Origin: Candidatus Electrothrix sp. GW3-4 | GTDB taxonomy: Bacteria > Desulfobacterota > Desulfobulbia > Desulfobulbales > Desulfobulbaceae | NCBI RefSeq assembly: GCF_037902255.1 | Contig: NZ_CP147990.1 | Span: 810,001 to 842,000, forward strand | Reading direction: 5' to 3' | Length of the DNA: 32,000 nt | Notes under the pieces: model-generated | Told to the model about the DNA's origin: nothing | The model's database searches: none | The model's input: only the letters and a program-made list of their open reading frames with translations | Position numbers and translations under genes: made by a program | Shown here: in pieces, positions 31,764 to 32,000 of the stretch | How the letters are laid out: the number at the start of each line of letters is the position of its first letter | Numbering within the stretch: position 1 is the first letter of the stretch

Positions 31764-32000
31764 ATGAACGATCTTGAGAAATTACGCGTAATGTTACCGC
31801 ACTGGATTGGTCATAACCAGGGGCATGGTGGAGAATTCGCGCAATGGGCGGAAAAAATAACAAGTGACTCTCCAGAGGTGGCCCAGCTGCTTCGTGATGC
31901 TGTCCAGTCTCTGCAAGAGGCCCAAAGCAGCCTTGAAGAGGCCCTGGAAAAGGCAGGCGGCCCTCTTGAGGAACCGGGTGGTCCGAGCGGTCACGGCACA
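31764..32000 (+). CDS. hypothetical His-rich helical protein, N-terminal part (3' end outside window)
   Basis: It is absent from the ORF track because there is no stop in the window. The ATG at 31764 is preceded by GGAGG (31754-31758) with a 5-nt spacer. The translation is MNDLEKLRVMLPHWIGHNQGHGGEFAQWAEKITSDSPEVAQLLRDAVQSLQEAQSSLEEALEKAGG..., open for 79 codons to the window end. Confidence 0.6.
   Translation, partial: MNDLEKLRVMLPHWIGHNQGHGGEFAQWAEKITSDSPEVAQLLRDAVQSLQEAQSSLEEALEKAGGPLEEPGGPSGHGT

Overview
This 32-kb chromosomal window is mostly housekeeping genes with three accessory regions. The gene set and codon style suggest a Desulfobacterota-like (deltaproteobacterial) genome, but that is a weak inference. 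Housekeeping genes recognised from the translations are pepA, fbp, leuC/leuD, wecB, a CbpA-type J-protein, ssb, birA, a YhdH-type reductase, kdsD and cooT. (1) A minus-strand tripartite ABC efflux locus is split. The TolC-like and HlyD/MacA-like genes lie at 8930-11826, and the ATPase and FtsX permease lie at 1286-3182. Between them sits a 5.7-kb plus-strand island bounded by a 10-bp direct repeat, TGAGCATTAT (3176-3185 and 8910-8919), that contains the ATPase start codon. The island carries a long leader with a Ser-rich mini-ORF and a 916-aa Roc-COR (ROCO) GTPase bracketed by two 35-bp GTAG-headed palindromes exactly 2880 bp apart. It also carries a 23-bp x5 tandem array, an HU-like/DUF4469-type DNA-binding protein and a cytochrome b561. 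No mobility gene is visible. This island and its ROCO gene are my best candidate for an undescribed (conflict/defence-like) system. (2) A plus-strand cluster at 16260-21729 looks like an uncharacterised peptide-modification system. It encodes a 79-aa ORF with a twin-arginine-like motif, an NTP_transf_5-type nucleotidyltransferase and a PqqD-domain/HPr-kinase-like P-loop fusion. A 7-repeat FG-GAP propeller protein and a small secreted protein follow. (3) Region 21738-23330 holds a strictly phased 21-nt x10 tandem array and a membrane/coiled-coil/TPR gene killed by a frameshift plus a 114-bp MITE. Removing the MITE at its CTAG/TA target precisely restores the reading frame. A cluster of REP-like GC hairpins lies next to it. 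No rRNA, tRNA or CRISPR array was seen. All functional calls come from reading motifs by eye, since no searches could be run.
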